From: Octopus vulgaris
Taxonomy: Eukaryota
Length of the DNA stretch: 64,000 nt
Direction: 5' to 3'
Assembly (NCBI GenBank): GCA_951406725.2
Contig: OX597821.1
Coordinates: 92,876,001 to 92,940,000, forward strand
A program made the position numbers and the translations under genes. The notes beneath the pieces are model-generated. The model did no database searches. It saw only the letters and a list, made by a program, of their open reading frames with translations, and was not told where the DNA came from. This document shows, piece after piece, positions 26,815 to 40,501 of the stretch. Numbering within the stretch: the first letter of the stretch is position 1; every line of letters starts with the position of its first letter.

Positions 26815-27226
26815 TTTCTCTCTTTTCTTTTTTACTTGTTTCAGTCCTTTGACTGTGGCCATGCTGGAGCACCGCCTTTAGTCGAGCAAATCGACCCCAG
26901 GACTTATTCTTTGTAAGTCCAGTACTTATTCTATCGGTCTCTTTTGCCGAACCGCTAAGTAACGGGGACGTAAACACACCAGCATCGGTTGTCTAGCAAT
27001 GCTAGGGGGACAAACACAGACAAACAAACACATGCACACACACACATATATATATATATACATATATACGACAGGCTTCTTTCAGTTTCCGTCTACCAAA
27101 TCCACTCAGAAGGCATTGGTCGGCCCGGGGCTATAGCAGAAGACACTTGCCCAAGATGCCACACAGTGGGACTGAACCCAAAACCATGTGGTTGGTTAGC
27201 AAGCTACTTACCACACAGCCACTCCT
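26815..27226 (-). mobile_element. SINE family A
   Basis: Matches consensus; lies between the inverted arms at 26682 and 27436. Confidence 0.88.
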
Positions 27227-27900
27227 TTCTAACTAGATACTTTGCTTGTTGCAAGATCAGTGACTGGTTGTCACTTTTTTTCTAAATATCGCGAGCTGGA
27301 ACGAACTACTACTCATCCACAAAGGATGAGCACAATTAGCTCGAAACCGTAGGTCTGGTGGTCCAGTAGTCGTCGCTAGGAGATGGTAGGGGTTCGCTCC
27401 CTTGCTTGCAATATATATCGGATGCAGATTGCATCGGTAACCAGCTGGAGGAGGTTAAAAATGGTAGGAACCCTCCTGGGGTTAAAAATGGTAGTAACGT
27501 GATGAAGTGCCGATAAAAATTACTTCTCAGGATAGTTACTCTTATAGAGATTTTCTAACTAGATACCTTGCTTATCAAAAATAAATATTTAGCAAGAAAA
27601 TGAAGTAGCTAATTACTGATATCATTTTTTTCCTTGTCTGAGCAAGATAGAAGACAACTCGAAACATGATTCTGTCCTATTCTAACCTCCTCAGCAAAGC
27701 ATAATCGCTGCATGCTAGCCAAAAGAGTGGTAAATAAAACACTAAAAAAATAAACATACAAATTTGTATATTTGTTGGCCACATTATCATCATAATTATC
27801 CTTAGCCACTTCCTCATCAGCAGCAGCAGCATTATCATCAACGGCATCATGGTCATGGTTTTTATGCTCATTTATTTTTCTATACTATTGTTAATTGGAC

Positions 27901-28271
27901 GTGGAGGCGCAATGGCCCAGTGGTTAGGGCAGCGGACTCGCGGTTTCGATTCCCAGACCGGGCGTTGTGAGTGTTTATAGAGCGAAAACACCTAAAGCTC
28001 CACGAGGCTCCGGCAGGGGATGGTGGTGATCCCTGCTGTACTCTTTCACCACAACTTTCTCTCACTCTTACTTCCTGTTTCTGTTGTACCTGTATTTCAA
28101 GGGGCCGGCCTTGTCACTCTCTGTGTCACGCTGAATATCCCCGAGAACTACGTTAAGGGTGCACGTGTCTGTGGAGTGCTCAGCCACTTACACGTTAATT
28201 TCACGAGCAGGCTGTTCCGTTGATTCGGATCAACCGGAACCCTCGTCGTCGTAACCGACGGAGTGCTTCCA
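27901..28271 (+). mobile_element. SINE family C
   Basis: Near-identical to 31581 and 61693; short deletion in the tRNA-like head. Confidence 0.88.
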
Positions 28272-28373
28272 TTCTGTAGCCAGATGCGCTTCCTGACGCT
28301 AGATTTTATTTTGTATTTGTTTCAAATAAAAGTATTTTATTCTGTTGATCTTCACACGCAACTAAAGTAACCG

Positions 28374-28448
28374 CTGAGTTTCAGAATGTATTGTGCACAG
28401 CAGGCATAAACAAACAACACTCACGTACACACTCACACATACACACAT

Positions 28449-28481
<33 letters not shown>

Positions 28482-28493
28482 GATATATAGATA

Positions 28494-28538
<45 letters not shown>

Positions 28539-28540
28539 TA

Positions 28541-28579
<39 letters not shown>

Positions 28580-28654
28580 ATGTGTGTATGTGTGAGTGTG
28601 TACGTGAGTGTTGTTTGTTTATGCCTGCTGTGCACAATACATTCTGAAACTCAG
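28374..28654. repeat. Near-perfect palindrome with (TA)n centre
   Basis: ctgagtttcagaatgtattgtgcacagcaggcataaacaaacaacactcacgtacacactcacac and its reverse complement. Confidence 0.92.
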
Positions 28655-28778
28655 TGAACAGGTCGCGGATTTTAGCGACGAAAATATTTTGACAATTAAA
28701 CTTAAATGTTGAAGTGAATCGAACGGCTTTTGTGTGTTTCTTAAATGGCTTATAAACACCTTCCACGCTGCAATTGTT

Positions 28779-28815
<37 letters not shown>

Positions 28816-29136
28816 CTATACATATGTATATATAGAGAGAGAAAGAGAGAGGGAGAGAGAGAGATTGACAGAGAGAAAGAGAGAGAGGAGGTGAAACCAG
28901 AATTTACTCGTCGTACGATGATGGGTGATAATTAGTACATATGCCACGCATACAATAATTATAATTTGACTTTTATCAAATTTTTGGGTGCCTACACAAA
29001 ATATGAAACACTAATGGATACTAATTTTTCAAGACAAAAATATTTATTTCACTAAAATTGAATAAAACAATTTTCAATTTTCTTTTAAAACGCTGAAAAC
29101 GAAATTACTCTCAGTGTTGGTTTTATACTACGAGAG

Positions 29137-29208
<72 letters not shown>

Positions 29209-29437
29209 GTTCTTTTCCCTTTTCTTTCTCTGTGATACTGTCTCTCTCACTACGTGTGTGTAGCACTCATTTACTTTACTTATTGCCTGCCACCAAGCTT
29301 ACTATATGCACTCTCCTGCACGTCTTATGTCAACTCTCCCTTTCACTCTCTCTTCCCCTCTCTCTATGCGATGTACAGAGTAACTGAAGACCTCAATCAC
29401 ATTTATATCGACTATGATATATTTTTTTATTTTTTTA

Positions 29438-30265
29438 TTCTTTTACTTGTTTCAGTCCTATGACTGCGACCATGCGGGAACACTGCCTGAAAGGGATCTG
29501 GTCGAAGAGATCGACACCAGGACTTATTCTTTGTTAGCCTAGTACTTATTATATCGGTTCCTTTTGCTGAACCGCTACGTTACAAGGACATAAACACACC
29601 AGCATCGGTTGTCAAGCGATAGCGTGGGGACAAACACAGTAACACACACATACACACACACATAAAAAACATATACGTATATAATATATATATATATATA
29701 ATATATATATATATATAGGCGCAGGAGTGGCTTACCAACCACATGGTTCCGGGTTCAGTCCCACTGCGTGGCACCCTGGGCAAGTCTTCTACTATAGTCT
29801 CGGGCCGACCAAAGCCTTGTGAGTGGATTTGGTAGGCGGAAACTGAAAGAAGTCTGTCGTAGATATGTATATATATATGTATGCGTGTGTTTGTGTGTCT
29901 GTGTTTGACCCCCAACATCGCTTGACAACCGATGCTGGTGTGTTTACGTCCCCGTCACTTAGTGGTTCGACAAAAGAGACCGATAGAGTAAGTACTAGGC
30001 TTACAAAGAATAAGTCCTGGGGTTGATTTCCTCAACTAAAGGCGGTGCCCCAGCATGGCCGCAGTCAAATGACTGAAACAAGTAAAAGAGTAAAAGAGTA
30101 TATATATATATATATATATATACCACGGGCTTCTTTACGTTTCCGTCTACCAAATCCATATACAAGGCTTTGATAGACCCAAGTATATAGTAGAAGACAC
30201 TTGCTCAAGGTGCCACGCAGTAGGACTGAACCCGGGACCAGGTGGTTTAGAAGTAAGCTTCTTAC

Positions 30266-30270
<5 letters not shown>
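29438..30270. mobile_element. Nested family A SINEs: plus-strand copy (29717-30100) inside the (TA)n of an older minus-strand copy
   Basis: Minus-strand 3' half at 29438-29660 and 5' half at 30123-30270. Confidence 0.8.
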
Positions 30271-30299
<29 letters not shown>

Positions 30300-30324
30300 T
30301 GATGGTACAGTTTATATATTTGAG

Positions 30325-30523
30325 TGGGAGCTGGCTAAAAGTTCCTGGCTTTAAGGCGTAGTTGGTGGCCCAGCCTTCCGAGTTCTTTTACAGTGTTTAG
30401 AAAATTGAAGGACTTATTGCAATAAGTGCGCGTATCTTGGAAGGAAATATACTGAATAAAATCATAATTAATTGATCTTCCTGTATTTTCTTTTACCCAA
30501 AGCCAGGCACTTTTTAGCACACA
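30325..30523. mobile_element. Small mariner-like MITE relic
   Basis: Imperfect TIRs gctaaaagttcctggcttt / aaagccaggcactttttagc. Confidence 0.55.
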
Positions 30524-30557
30524 CTAGTATATATTATATATATACAAATATATATAT

Positions 30558-30968
30558 AGGCGCAGGAGTGGCTGTGTGGTAAGTAGCTTGCTTACCAACC
30601 ACATGCTTCCGGGTTCAGTCCCACTACGTGGCATCTTGGGCAAGTGTCTTCTGCTATAGCCCCGGGCCGACCAATGCCTTGTGAGTGGATTTGGTAGACG
30701 GAAACTGAAAGAAGCCTGTCGTATATATGTATATATACATATATGTATGTGCGTATGTGTTTGTGTGTCTGTGTTTGTCCCCCTAGCATTGCTTGACAAC
30801 CGATGCTGGTGTGTTTACGTCCCCGTCACTTAGCGGTTCGGCAAAAGAGACCAATAGAATAAGTACTGGGCTTACAGAGAATAAGTCCCGGGGTCGATTT
30901 GCTCGACTAAAGGCGGTGCTCCAGCATGGCCGCAGTCAAATGACTGAAATAAGTAAAAGAGTAAAAGA

Positions 30969-30970
<2 letters not shown>
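30558..30970 (+). mobile_element. SINE family A
   Basis: Full-length consensus match. Confidence 0.9.
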
Positions 30971-31027
<57 letters not shown>

Positions 31028-31580
31028 TCATGGCACAGTTTGTGCCTATCAAATTTCACTAACAACCTGTCGGGTATTTTAAACCTAAAGATAAAATAGA
31101 CTTGCCGAATGTTCTGTGCGACGCGATGGAACCTGGAATCATTTGGTTATATAGTGAACTTTATTACCACATATCCATGTCTAAAGAATTGTTTTGAGAT
31201 TAAATAATTCAGAGATTCCATTAACTAAATGAAAAATATAATATCCATCATTGAGTAATATTGTTTTTATTTTCTCCCCACAGCATATTTATTTCCAGTT
31301 AGAATTTTAATGTTCCATGAATAAATTTATGTCAACATTAACTTACGGAATGTTTTGTACGGGGATGATGTAGCTGAATTATTTATTTATTTTATCTTAC
31401 AATTTGTGAACAATAATATCATTTGTTACAGGTTTCAAACATGCCAATCACTGGTTCATTGCATTTATGTTGGTAAGAATAGGACTGTCTGTGGAATTCA
31501 TGTGGAACAATTACCACAAAAATTGTCATTCCAAAGTACCGGTTTCGAAATTTTCTCTCCAATATGTATAGTTGTCCTCG

Positions 31581-31967
31581 GTGGAGGCGCAATGGCCCAG
31601 TGGTTAGGGCAGCGGACTCGCGGTCATAGGATCGCGGTTTCGATTCCCAGACCGGGCCTTGTGAGTGTTTATTGAGCGAAAACACCTAAAAGCTCCACGA
31701 GGCTCCGGCAGGGGATGGTGGTGATCCCTGCTGTACTCTTTCACCACAACTTTCTCTCACTCTTACTTCCTGTTTCTGTTGTACCTGTATTTCAAAGGGC
31801 CGGCCTTGTCACTCTCTGTGTCACGCTGAATATCCCCGAGAACTACGTTAAGGGTACACGTGTCTGTGGAGTGCTCAGCCACTTACACGTTAATTTCACG
31901 AGCAGGCTGTTCCGTTGATTCGGATCAGTCGGAACCCTCATCGTCGTAACCGACGGAGTGCTTCCAC
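31581..31967 (+). mobile_element. SINE family C, full length with 11-bp TSD
   Basis: TSD agttgtcctcg at 31570-31580 and 31968-31978. Confidence 0.92.
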
Positions 31968-32619
31968 AGTTGTCCTCGAAAGATATTGGTCAACCTGGGG
32001 CTCTGGTAGACCCCCATGCTATAGAATCAAACCAGAGATGTGGCTACAGAGAAAATGGTTTAACCACACAGTCACAACTAAACTCATTTAATATCGTCTC
32101 TGTTGCAGTTTAATAATAAACCAGTGAACGAGCATTGACCGCATGGCTCTCAGCAAACTCGTGACTTTATTTCAAATGAGGACCAGGTGACTGATGTCCT
32201 GTCATGGAGACAGCATAGCCCGCAATGAAATTACTCTGTTCATACCCAGAATGCTGATAGAAGGAACTAATTTGTTTGTTTTTTATATATAACATTTGTG
32301 TAATTACAATTAACAGAATTTACACTGCTACTTCAATAACTGAGTACCAACAGTAAGAGACGACAACCATTTACACCAAACAAGCAAAACACTGTGGCCA
32401 GCTTCAACTGCAAAAAACGTAGGAGAACAAGGTAAGATATGAGAATTACCTATATTGCAGAATGCAGAATGCACACATGGCTCAAAGGAAGACACACCAA
32501 TAGCTTAAGATCACTGGACTGAGTCGGATCATTTGCACAAGATCAATGTCTCACGTTCAGAACCTATGACCATCACATTATCAAGGATGGAACAGATTCG
32601 CAATGCATGATCTGTAAAA

Positions 32620-33135
32620 GAGGTGATGAAACCATCATTTGTCTTTATATGCCTGAAAATAGCAAAGACCGAATACATTTATAGGTATAACAAAACAACA
32701 GTATACCCACACTGGAAAATATTCAGGTGTTATAGAATTGAAAAGTGGTATGAACATCAGCTAAACATAGTCGTTGATAATACTAATGTAACTACCTTAC
32801 TCGGAAATACCCATACATACCGACAAACTAACCTGACATCGTTACCAACGACAAGAAGGAATAGAGGTAACGACATTGTAATACTTTCTGAAAGAAGCAC
32901 CTCTATAAAAATCATAGAGAAACTGTCCAAGTACAAAATGTGGATATCGAAATAAATAGAATGTGGAATATGAAAACCGAAATAATACTAGTGGTTATTT
33001 GAACTCTAGAATTCATGAGGAAAGGAATGGAAAAAAAAAGTCATCATTTGTATCCCTGTGAATTGTAACAGAAATGTTTATACAGTCCAGAAGACCGCAA
33101 TACTTGAAACAGCTCACATGCTACGAAAATGGTTG
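32620..33135 (+). pseudogene. Highly decayed R4/Dong-like RLE retrotransposon C-terminus
   Basis: EKWYEHQ..VVDN; VQKTAILETAHMLRK; many frameshifts. Confidence 0.6.
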
Positions 33136-33239
33136 ACAACAAGGAAGGTATCTTTCCAAAAGAGCATCAAATCGATTTTTGGGACCAGCCCCACAAAATG
33201 TACAAAAAGAACAGTAATGATAATAATGATTAATTATTG

Positions 33240-34055
33240 ACTTCAAATTTTGACTCATGGCCAGCAAATTTTGAGGGGATCGAGTCGACTAAATCGCTCT
33301 CCAATACTTGACTTGTTTTATTTTATCGACCCAGAAATAATGTAAGGCAAAATTGATTTCGGCAGGATTTGAACTCTATTGAATCTATTGATTCTGCCAG
33401 CTCACTGCCTTCGGAATAATCCTTTCTACTATAGGCACAAGGCCTGAAATTTGGGGGAAGGAAATAGTAGATAAAATCGACCCCAGTGCGTGACTGGTAC
33501 TTAGTTTATCGACCCCGAAAGGATGAAAGGCAAAGTCGATCTCGGCAGAATTTGAACTTAGAGCGTAGCGACGGGTGAAATACCGCTAAGTGTTTCGTCC
33601 ACCTTGCTAGCGATTCTACCAGATCATCGCCTTGGTAACAGTGATAATGGCTTCAAGGCGGCGAGCTGACAGAAACGTTAGCACTCGGGGCGAAGTGATT
33701 AGCGGTATTTCGTCTGCCGTTACGTTCTGTGTTCAAATTCTGCCGAGGTCGACTTTGCCTTTCATCCTTTCGGGGTCAATTAAATAAGTACCAGTTACGC
33801 ACTGGGGTCGATATAATCGACTTAATCCGTTTGTCTGTCCTTGTTTGTCCTTTCTGTGTTTAGCCCCTCGTGGGTAGTAAAGAAATAGGTATTTCGTCTG
33901 CCGCTACGTTCTGAGTTCAAATTTTGCCGAGGTCGACATTGCCTTTCATCCTTTCTGGGTTGATAAATTAAGTACCATTTGCGTACCTGGGTCGATCTAA
34001 TCGACTAGCCCCTCCCTCCAAATTTCGGACCTTGTGCCTAGAGGAGAAAAGAATA
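33240..34055. mobile_element. Cluster of family B SINEs: two minus copies (33240-33633) head-to-head with a plus dimer (33656-34055)
   Basis: Consensus matches on both strands. Confidence 0.8.
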
Positions 34056-34129
34056 ATGATAATGGTTTCAACTTTTAACACACGGCCAGCTATATCGGGA
34101 GATGGGTGTAAATCGATTACATCGACTCC

Positions 34130-34750
34130 AAGACTCAGCTGAGAGCACTATACTTACAGCACGAGACCAAGCCTTGGCCACTAATTGGAGGGTCAGTCTT
34201 AGAAATGCGCAACTGTCTCCATTGTGCCGAATTTGCAATAGATTTGTTAAAGCTATTTCCCATATTGTGAATGAATATCCTACACTTGCTCAAAACCAGT
34301 ATATATTGTGGCGACATAATGAGGTAGCAAAAGTGCTGTATTGGAAACTGTGTGAAAAGTGAGGACTCAGAGGGGTATCCTGGTACGACCAAAAACCCAC
34401 AGAGAGTGGCTGAGTCGGAGATTTTCAAAATATTGTGAGATTTCCCAGTTCAAACAGACCATGTGAATGAGCACAAGAAATGGGACCTCATGGTGGTAAA
34501 CCACATGTGCTCTGTGATTGATGTTGCCCGTCCATTTGACCCACAAATAGTTGAGAATGAAGGAGAGAAAGTTGATACATACAACCCTTTTAAATACTAG
34601 CCTGACTCTGGAAAATGAAAATGCGCCGATTATTATATCAAAAGATATTGTGAGGAATATGAAGTAAATGGGAACAGAGTGTCCTATAAAACTGTTACAA
34701 AAAGTTTGCCTCCTTGGCACGGCCAGAATCATCTGGAAAGTATTAGTTTA
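34130..34750 (+). pseudogene. Decayed R4/Dong-like retrotransposon (zinc knuckle plus RLE nuclease region)
   Basis: ESTILTARDQALATNW..CRICNRFVKAISHIVNEYPTLAQNQY..RHNEVAK; QTD..DLMVV..VIDVA; VCLLGTARII. Confidence 0.75.
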
Positions 34751-34864
34751 AGAGAACAAATAGCATGGTATCGTAGGCTGTAAATAGCTCGCCCGCTATT
34801 CATGCAAGATTCCAAGAATTCCAACAAAACCTGAGTTCAATGAAAAATAATAAATGATAATTCG

Positions 34865-34991
34865 TAATAGGGAACGGAAGCAGTATTATTACTGTAGAAA
34901 GTCACAAAACTGCAGTTTGGACCTCGATAAAGCATTTTAATAAGGAACGGAAGCAGTATTATTACTGTAGAAAGTCACAAAACTGCAGTTT
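34865..34991. repeat. About 53-bp direct duplication
   Basis: ggaacggaagcagtattattactgtagaaagtcacaaaactgcagttt occurs twice. Confidence 0.9.
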
Positions 34992-35360
34992 ATGTCTGTG
35001 CTTTTTAGCACGATATCTGGGTTTTTTCCAGACACTTCTGCACTTAGAGTCATTCTCAGGTACAGTCAGCGAGGCACAACCTGCGACAGGACTCCACTTT
35101 TAAATTCCAGTTTCTATCCATCGGATAGGTTTCCATACAGTTTTCATCAACCCAATTTCTACCAGAAGGTAAGGGTCAACTTAGGGGTATAGAAAATTAT
35201 ATTTTCCCAAGATGTGATGTAGTAGAATCGAGCCTGAGATTTGGTGGTTGTGAGGTGACCTTCGTAACCATTTGGGCTCATTATACCAACAAACGTTCCT
35301 ACGTACGCGCGTTCGTAAGTACCTATCTACATACACATCGGCATACATACCTACACACGA

Positions 35361-35462
<102 letters not shown>

Positions 35463-36439
35463 ATATATATATGTATGTATATATACATATGTAGATATGT
35501 AGATATGTAGATACGTGTATATATATATAATATACAAAACGGGAGAGAGGGAGACAGATGAGAGGAAAGAGAGAAAGAGACACAGAGAGAGAGAGAGAGA
35601 GACAAAGACAGACCTACAGACAGGCAGAAAAGGGAACACACAGACACACACACCCACACACATATACATACATGTATATATCTAGGTAGGTATGTATGTT
35701 TAGAGAGAGAGAGAGAGATAGGGAGGGAGACGGACTGACAGAGAAGAGAGCACAAAATAAAATATTCATCCATCATGATGTCGTCTTCTTTCATCAGTAA
35801 CTAAGCTAGAAGCAGTTGATCACTAATCTGTGGAGAAATGACTAAACAGGTGTGGTTATCTGGTGTTATCAAGAGACATCTTAAGTCAACCAACCAAACA
35901 ATCATATTCAGATGAAGAATTACAAGAGATAAGATCACAAAGATAATTAATGGCGATCATGTTAATACAAAATGTCAGTCTTAGTTCTTTGTGGACTTGC
36001 CAAAGAGAATGAATGTGCACTTATCAGTAATAGTTACTGCAAATAGATTAGACAAAACATGCCATTCTGTTATCGATTGGGGTACTCTGTTGAGAAATAG
36101 ACAATAAATACATTTATAAATACATTTTCATTTCGTACAAATGGAACGAGCTTTTTTTTTGTTTTTGTTTGCTTCTGTTTCTTTCTTTTTTTTCTTTTTT
36201 CTTCTTTTGATAGTGTTGGTGGTTATGTTGTTCTTGATATTTGTGTTTTCCTTCAGAACAATGTTATGAAAATGAATTATGTAATACAAGAATTATAAAG
36301 TTTGATATATATTTCTTCATTCGCTGACAGTAATTTGCAGCGGTGATACATTCTAAGGTCGAAACTTGACAAAAGACTACTGTCTTGCATATTTTGCCTT
36401 TTATCTCGCTTTTCATTGATAATATTATTTCGAAGTAGC

Positions 36440-36976
36440 AAGGCGGCGAACTGGCAGAAACGTTAGTACGCCGAGAGAATATGCTTAGCGGTATTTCGTC
36501 TGCCGTTACGTTCTGAGTTTAAATTCCGCCGAGGTCGACTTTGCCTTTCATCCTTTCGGGGTCGATAAATTACATAATCGATTTAATTCGTCTGTCTGTG
36601 ATTGTTTGTCTCCTCTGTGTTTAGCCTCTTGTGGGTAGTAAAGAAATAGGTATTTCTTCTGTCTTTACGTTCTGAGTTCAAATTGTGCTGAGGTCGACTT
36701 TGCCTTCCGTCTTTTCGGGGTCGTTTAAATAAGTACCAGTTACGCACTGGGGTCGATATAATCGACTTAATCCGTTTGTCTGTCCTTGTTTGTCCCCTCT
36801 ATGTTTAGCCCCTTGTGGGCAGTAAAGAAATAAGAAACGTTAGCACGCCGAGAGAATATGCTGAGTGGTATTTCGTCTGCCGTTACGTTCTGAGTTCAAA
36901 TTCCGCCGAGGTCCACTTTGCCTTTCGTCCTTTTGGGGTCGATAAAGTAAGTACCAGTTACGTTCAGAGGTCGATC
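36440..36976 (+). mobile_element. SINE family B tandem trimer
   Basis: Three consecutive ttacgttctgagtt...ctttgcctt units. Confidence 0.85.
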
Positions 36977-37151
36977 TATGCTGGAGCACCGCCTTTAGTT
37001 GAGCAAATCGACCCCAGGACTTATTCTTTGTAAGCCTATTACTTATTCTATCGGTCTCTTTTGCCGAACCGCTAAGTTACGGGGATGTAAACACACCGCC
37101 ATCGGTTGTCAAACGATGTTGTGGGGACAAACACAGACACACAAACATATG

Positions 37152-37187
<36 letters not shown>

Positions 37188-37348
37188 CGACGGGCTTCTT
37201 TCAGTTTCCATCCACCATATCCACTCAGAAGGCTTTGGTCGGCCCGAGGCTATAGAAGAAGACACTTGCCCAAGTTGGCACGCAGTTGGAATGAACCCGG
37301 ATCCATGTGGTTGGTAAGCAAGCTCCTTACCACTCAGCCACTCCTGCG
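36977..37348 (-). mobile_element. SINE family A (3'-truncated), abutting the family B trimer
   Basis: Consensus match. Confidence 0.8.
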
Positions 37349-37787
37349 TTCCATGTAAATATTATGTTTTTTCTACATAAATTTATTTGATAGTGTAAAC
37401 GAACAAACTGGTGAGTTTATTTTAATAGCCTATCAATGTAAACAGCGAATTTCTTTGCCCTAGGTATCGGGAAGATACTCAGCAAGAAATAGAAACAAAA
37501 TTAAAGGAAGAAGAAAAACAAATTATCTTTTAGAAGAGCATTTCACCACACAAAATACTATTTTTAACAAAATATTGTTTAATAAAATTGTCTCTATACA
37601 CAGCTTTGACAAAGCTGAAGACATTGGTTCTCACGTCTTTTGTGAGAATGGTCATATGACTTCCCTTATTGTGTAGAATTCTACAGATTTGGAGGATATT
37701 TTAATGTTTTCAATCGTTTACTGGTTTATGATGACATCAAAGCTTTGATGCTGGTTGCCTAACAGTATATCATCATTTGAACAAAAA

Positions 37788-37854
37788 CGATGACGATGAT
37801 GATGAGGAGGATGATGACGATGACGATGATGATGATGATGATGACGATGACGAC

Positions 37855-37885
<31 letters not shown>

Positions 37886-38107
37886 ATGATGATGATGGTG
37901 ATGGTGGTGGTGATGATGATGATGATGATGATGATAATGATGATGATGATGATGATAATGATGAAGATGATAACGATGACGATGATGACGATGATGATGA
38001 TGATGATGACGACGAGGATGAAGATGATGATGATGATGATGATGATGGTGATGGTGATGATGACGAAGACGTTGATGATGATGATGATGATGAGGATTAT
38101 GATGATG

Positions 38108-38166
<59 letters not shown>

Positions 38167-38296
38167 AATGATGATGATGATGACGATGACGATGATGATG
38201 ATGATGATGATGATGATGACGAAGAGGATGATGATGATGATGATGATGGTGATGGTGATGGCGATGATGACATTGACGATGATGATGATGATGATG
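37788..38296. repeat. Imperfect (GAT)n microsatellite
   Basis: Direct inspection. Confidence 0.95.
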
Positions 38297-38912
38297 CTTA
38301 ATAATATCCTATAGTCATACTATTTCCAATAACTTTTAAAGCAGCCCTCTACCATTATATACCCATGAAACCAGTGCCGTCTTTAAAGCACGGGCATGAA
38401 GATCAAATAGCCAGGCGCCCCATTGATCTAGGCATCCAGTTTGTATCTATGTGTCCTGGAGCATATATGTATATTGTGTTGTGAAGGGGAAGGGTCCTAA
38501 AATATTGTTAATAATCACCTAGTATACGACTACCATGTACAGTTATGTCAAAAGTATACAAATCCATCCAACCTCTGCTCTGCAAATCAACAAAGATACC
38601 TGTACGTGGCCATTCAAATTATTAAAAATAGCAGCCAGATTTTTTATCAGAAACTGTCCCTTAAAGGGACCATATTATATAATGCAGGCGTGCATTTGCC
38701 AAAGATGCCATGCAGTGGGACTAAACCTGGAAGCAACAACATTACTAAGGATATAATTTAAGGTTAATCAAGACCAGAAGATCATTTTTGGTGTTACTGA
38801 GTTGATGCCTAGTGTTAACGTCCGCAACAAGTATGGGGTAATCCCCTAGATCTTTGCATTAAATCGTAACTCTGCTAAGTGTACCCAGTTATCAGGTGGT
38901 AATGATTCTGCT

Positions 38913-39276
38913 GTTTGTTTGTTTGTTTGTTGAGCGAAGGAGTTTTCGTCCTAGAGCTCGCAAGATCGAGTGAGAGAAGTTTGAAACGTGGTCCTTTGCT
39001 ATTCATAAGACCCACAGAAGAGAAAGCAGGTCAACCCCCGACACCGAGAGCATCCAGGCTCAGCGGTTGCGTTGGAAGTCGGGGACAAGAAAGAGGAAGA
39101 AAGAGTGAGAGAAAGTTGGGACAAAAGAGTACAACAGGGGTCGCCCTCCCCCTGCCGGAGACTCGTGGAGCTTTAGGTGTTTTCGCTCAATAAACACACA
39201 CAACGCCCGGTCTGGGAATCGAAACCGCGATCCTCCAACCACGGCTACCCTAACCACTGAGCCATTGCGCCTCCAC
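38913..39276 (-). mobile_element. SINE family C head with a third type of 3' half and (AAAC)n tail
   Basis: Reverse complement of gtggaggcgcaatggctcagtggttaggg...aaaacacctaaagctccacgag. Confidence 0.75.
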
Positions 39277-39341
39277 TGATGTGGTTGGTGATTATCCTGG
39301 TAATGATTGTGATGGTGGTGGTGGTGGTGGTGGTGGTGGTG

Positions 39342-39378
<37 letters not shown>

Positions 39379-39530
39379 TCGCAGTGGGGGAGTGGTAAAT
39401 AGTCTGGCATGTTTGGCTGACTTCCATCTGAACTGAGGATAGCACTATTAATTGATATACTTGATTTATACCACAATTTATAGACAGTAGCATTTCCAAT
39501 GCACCGACCACTAGTCACTGCATTTCTGAC

Positions 39531-39925
39531 AAAGAGAGAGCGGAAGAGACAGAGAGGAAGGGAGACAGAGGAAGAGAGAGAGAAAGAGAGAGAGAGAAAC
39601 GAGAGAGAGAGGAAGAGTGACAGAGGAAGAGAGACAGAGAGGAAGAGAGACAGAGAGAGGGGAGAGACAGAGCGGAGAGACAGAGAGGAAGAGAGAGACG
39701 AGAAGAGAGAGACGAAGAGAGAGAGGAAGAGAGAGAGGAAGAGAGAGAGGAGAGAGAGAGACGAAGAGAGATAGAGAAGAGAGAGAGAGAGGACGAGAGA
39801 CAGAGAGGAAGCGAGAGAGAGGAAGAGAGAGAGGGGAAGAAACAGAGAGGAAGAGAGACAGAGAGGAAGAGAGAGAGAGGAAGCGAGAGAGAGGAAGCGA
39901 GAGAGAGGAAGAGAGAGAGGGGAAG
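39531..39925. repeat. GA-rich polypurine repeat
   Basis: Direct inspection. Confidence 0.95.
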
Positions 39926-40323
39926 TGTGTGTGTATGTGTGTATGACAGGTGAGTATTAGTAAGTTGGTGGACTTCTTTCAAGGAGCAGGTTTTTTTACC
40001 TGTGTTTACATCCTTTGCCATATGTGTGTAAGAATACATACACATAAACAAGTGGGCACGCATGTGTGATAATGACAGACACTAAAAATTCATTCTCAAT
40101 ATCACGTTGCTTGATAAGGCTTTCTTTATGTGTGGATTTTGGACATAACCATAGGTTTCATGCGTTGTGATCCACAATCTTCAAGTGCTCCGCATTTAAA
40201 ATGTTGTTAAGAGCATTTCTATTTAGGGTTTATATATATACATATTTTCCGGTCACTTCAGCCATGTAACCACATGCGTGCGTTTCTTGGACTTTTTCAT
40301 TCTCCAGGGCTTTCCTTTCTCCT

Positions 40324-40358
40324 CTTTCTGACGAAGAGCCATGCTCGAAACGTTATAC
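40324..40358 (+). ncRNA. Minimal hammerhead-like motif, stem I decayed
   Basis: cttt CTGACGA a gagc-cat-gctc GAAA cg TT; canonical core but the 3' strand of stem I is mutated. Confidence 0.5.
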
Positions 40359-40501
40359 ATCCACTCTTTTCTCTATCTTATACTGAGAGTCAAGTTAATA
40401 CATTCCACTTGTACGTCCTTTAGGCTTTTGTTGCTTCGTTATTTGTTATTTTTAATTTTCGATTTACCTATATATACCTATATATATATATATATACATA
40501 T

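Noticed and set aside
37777-38314. 174-aa poly-Asp and poly-Met ORFs
   Set aside because: (GAT)n repeat with no unique flanking domain
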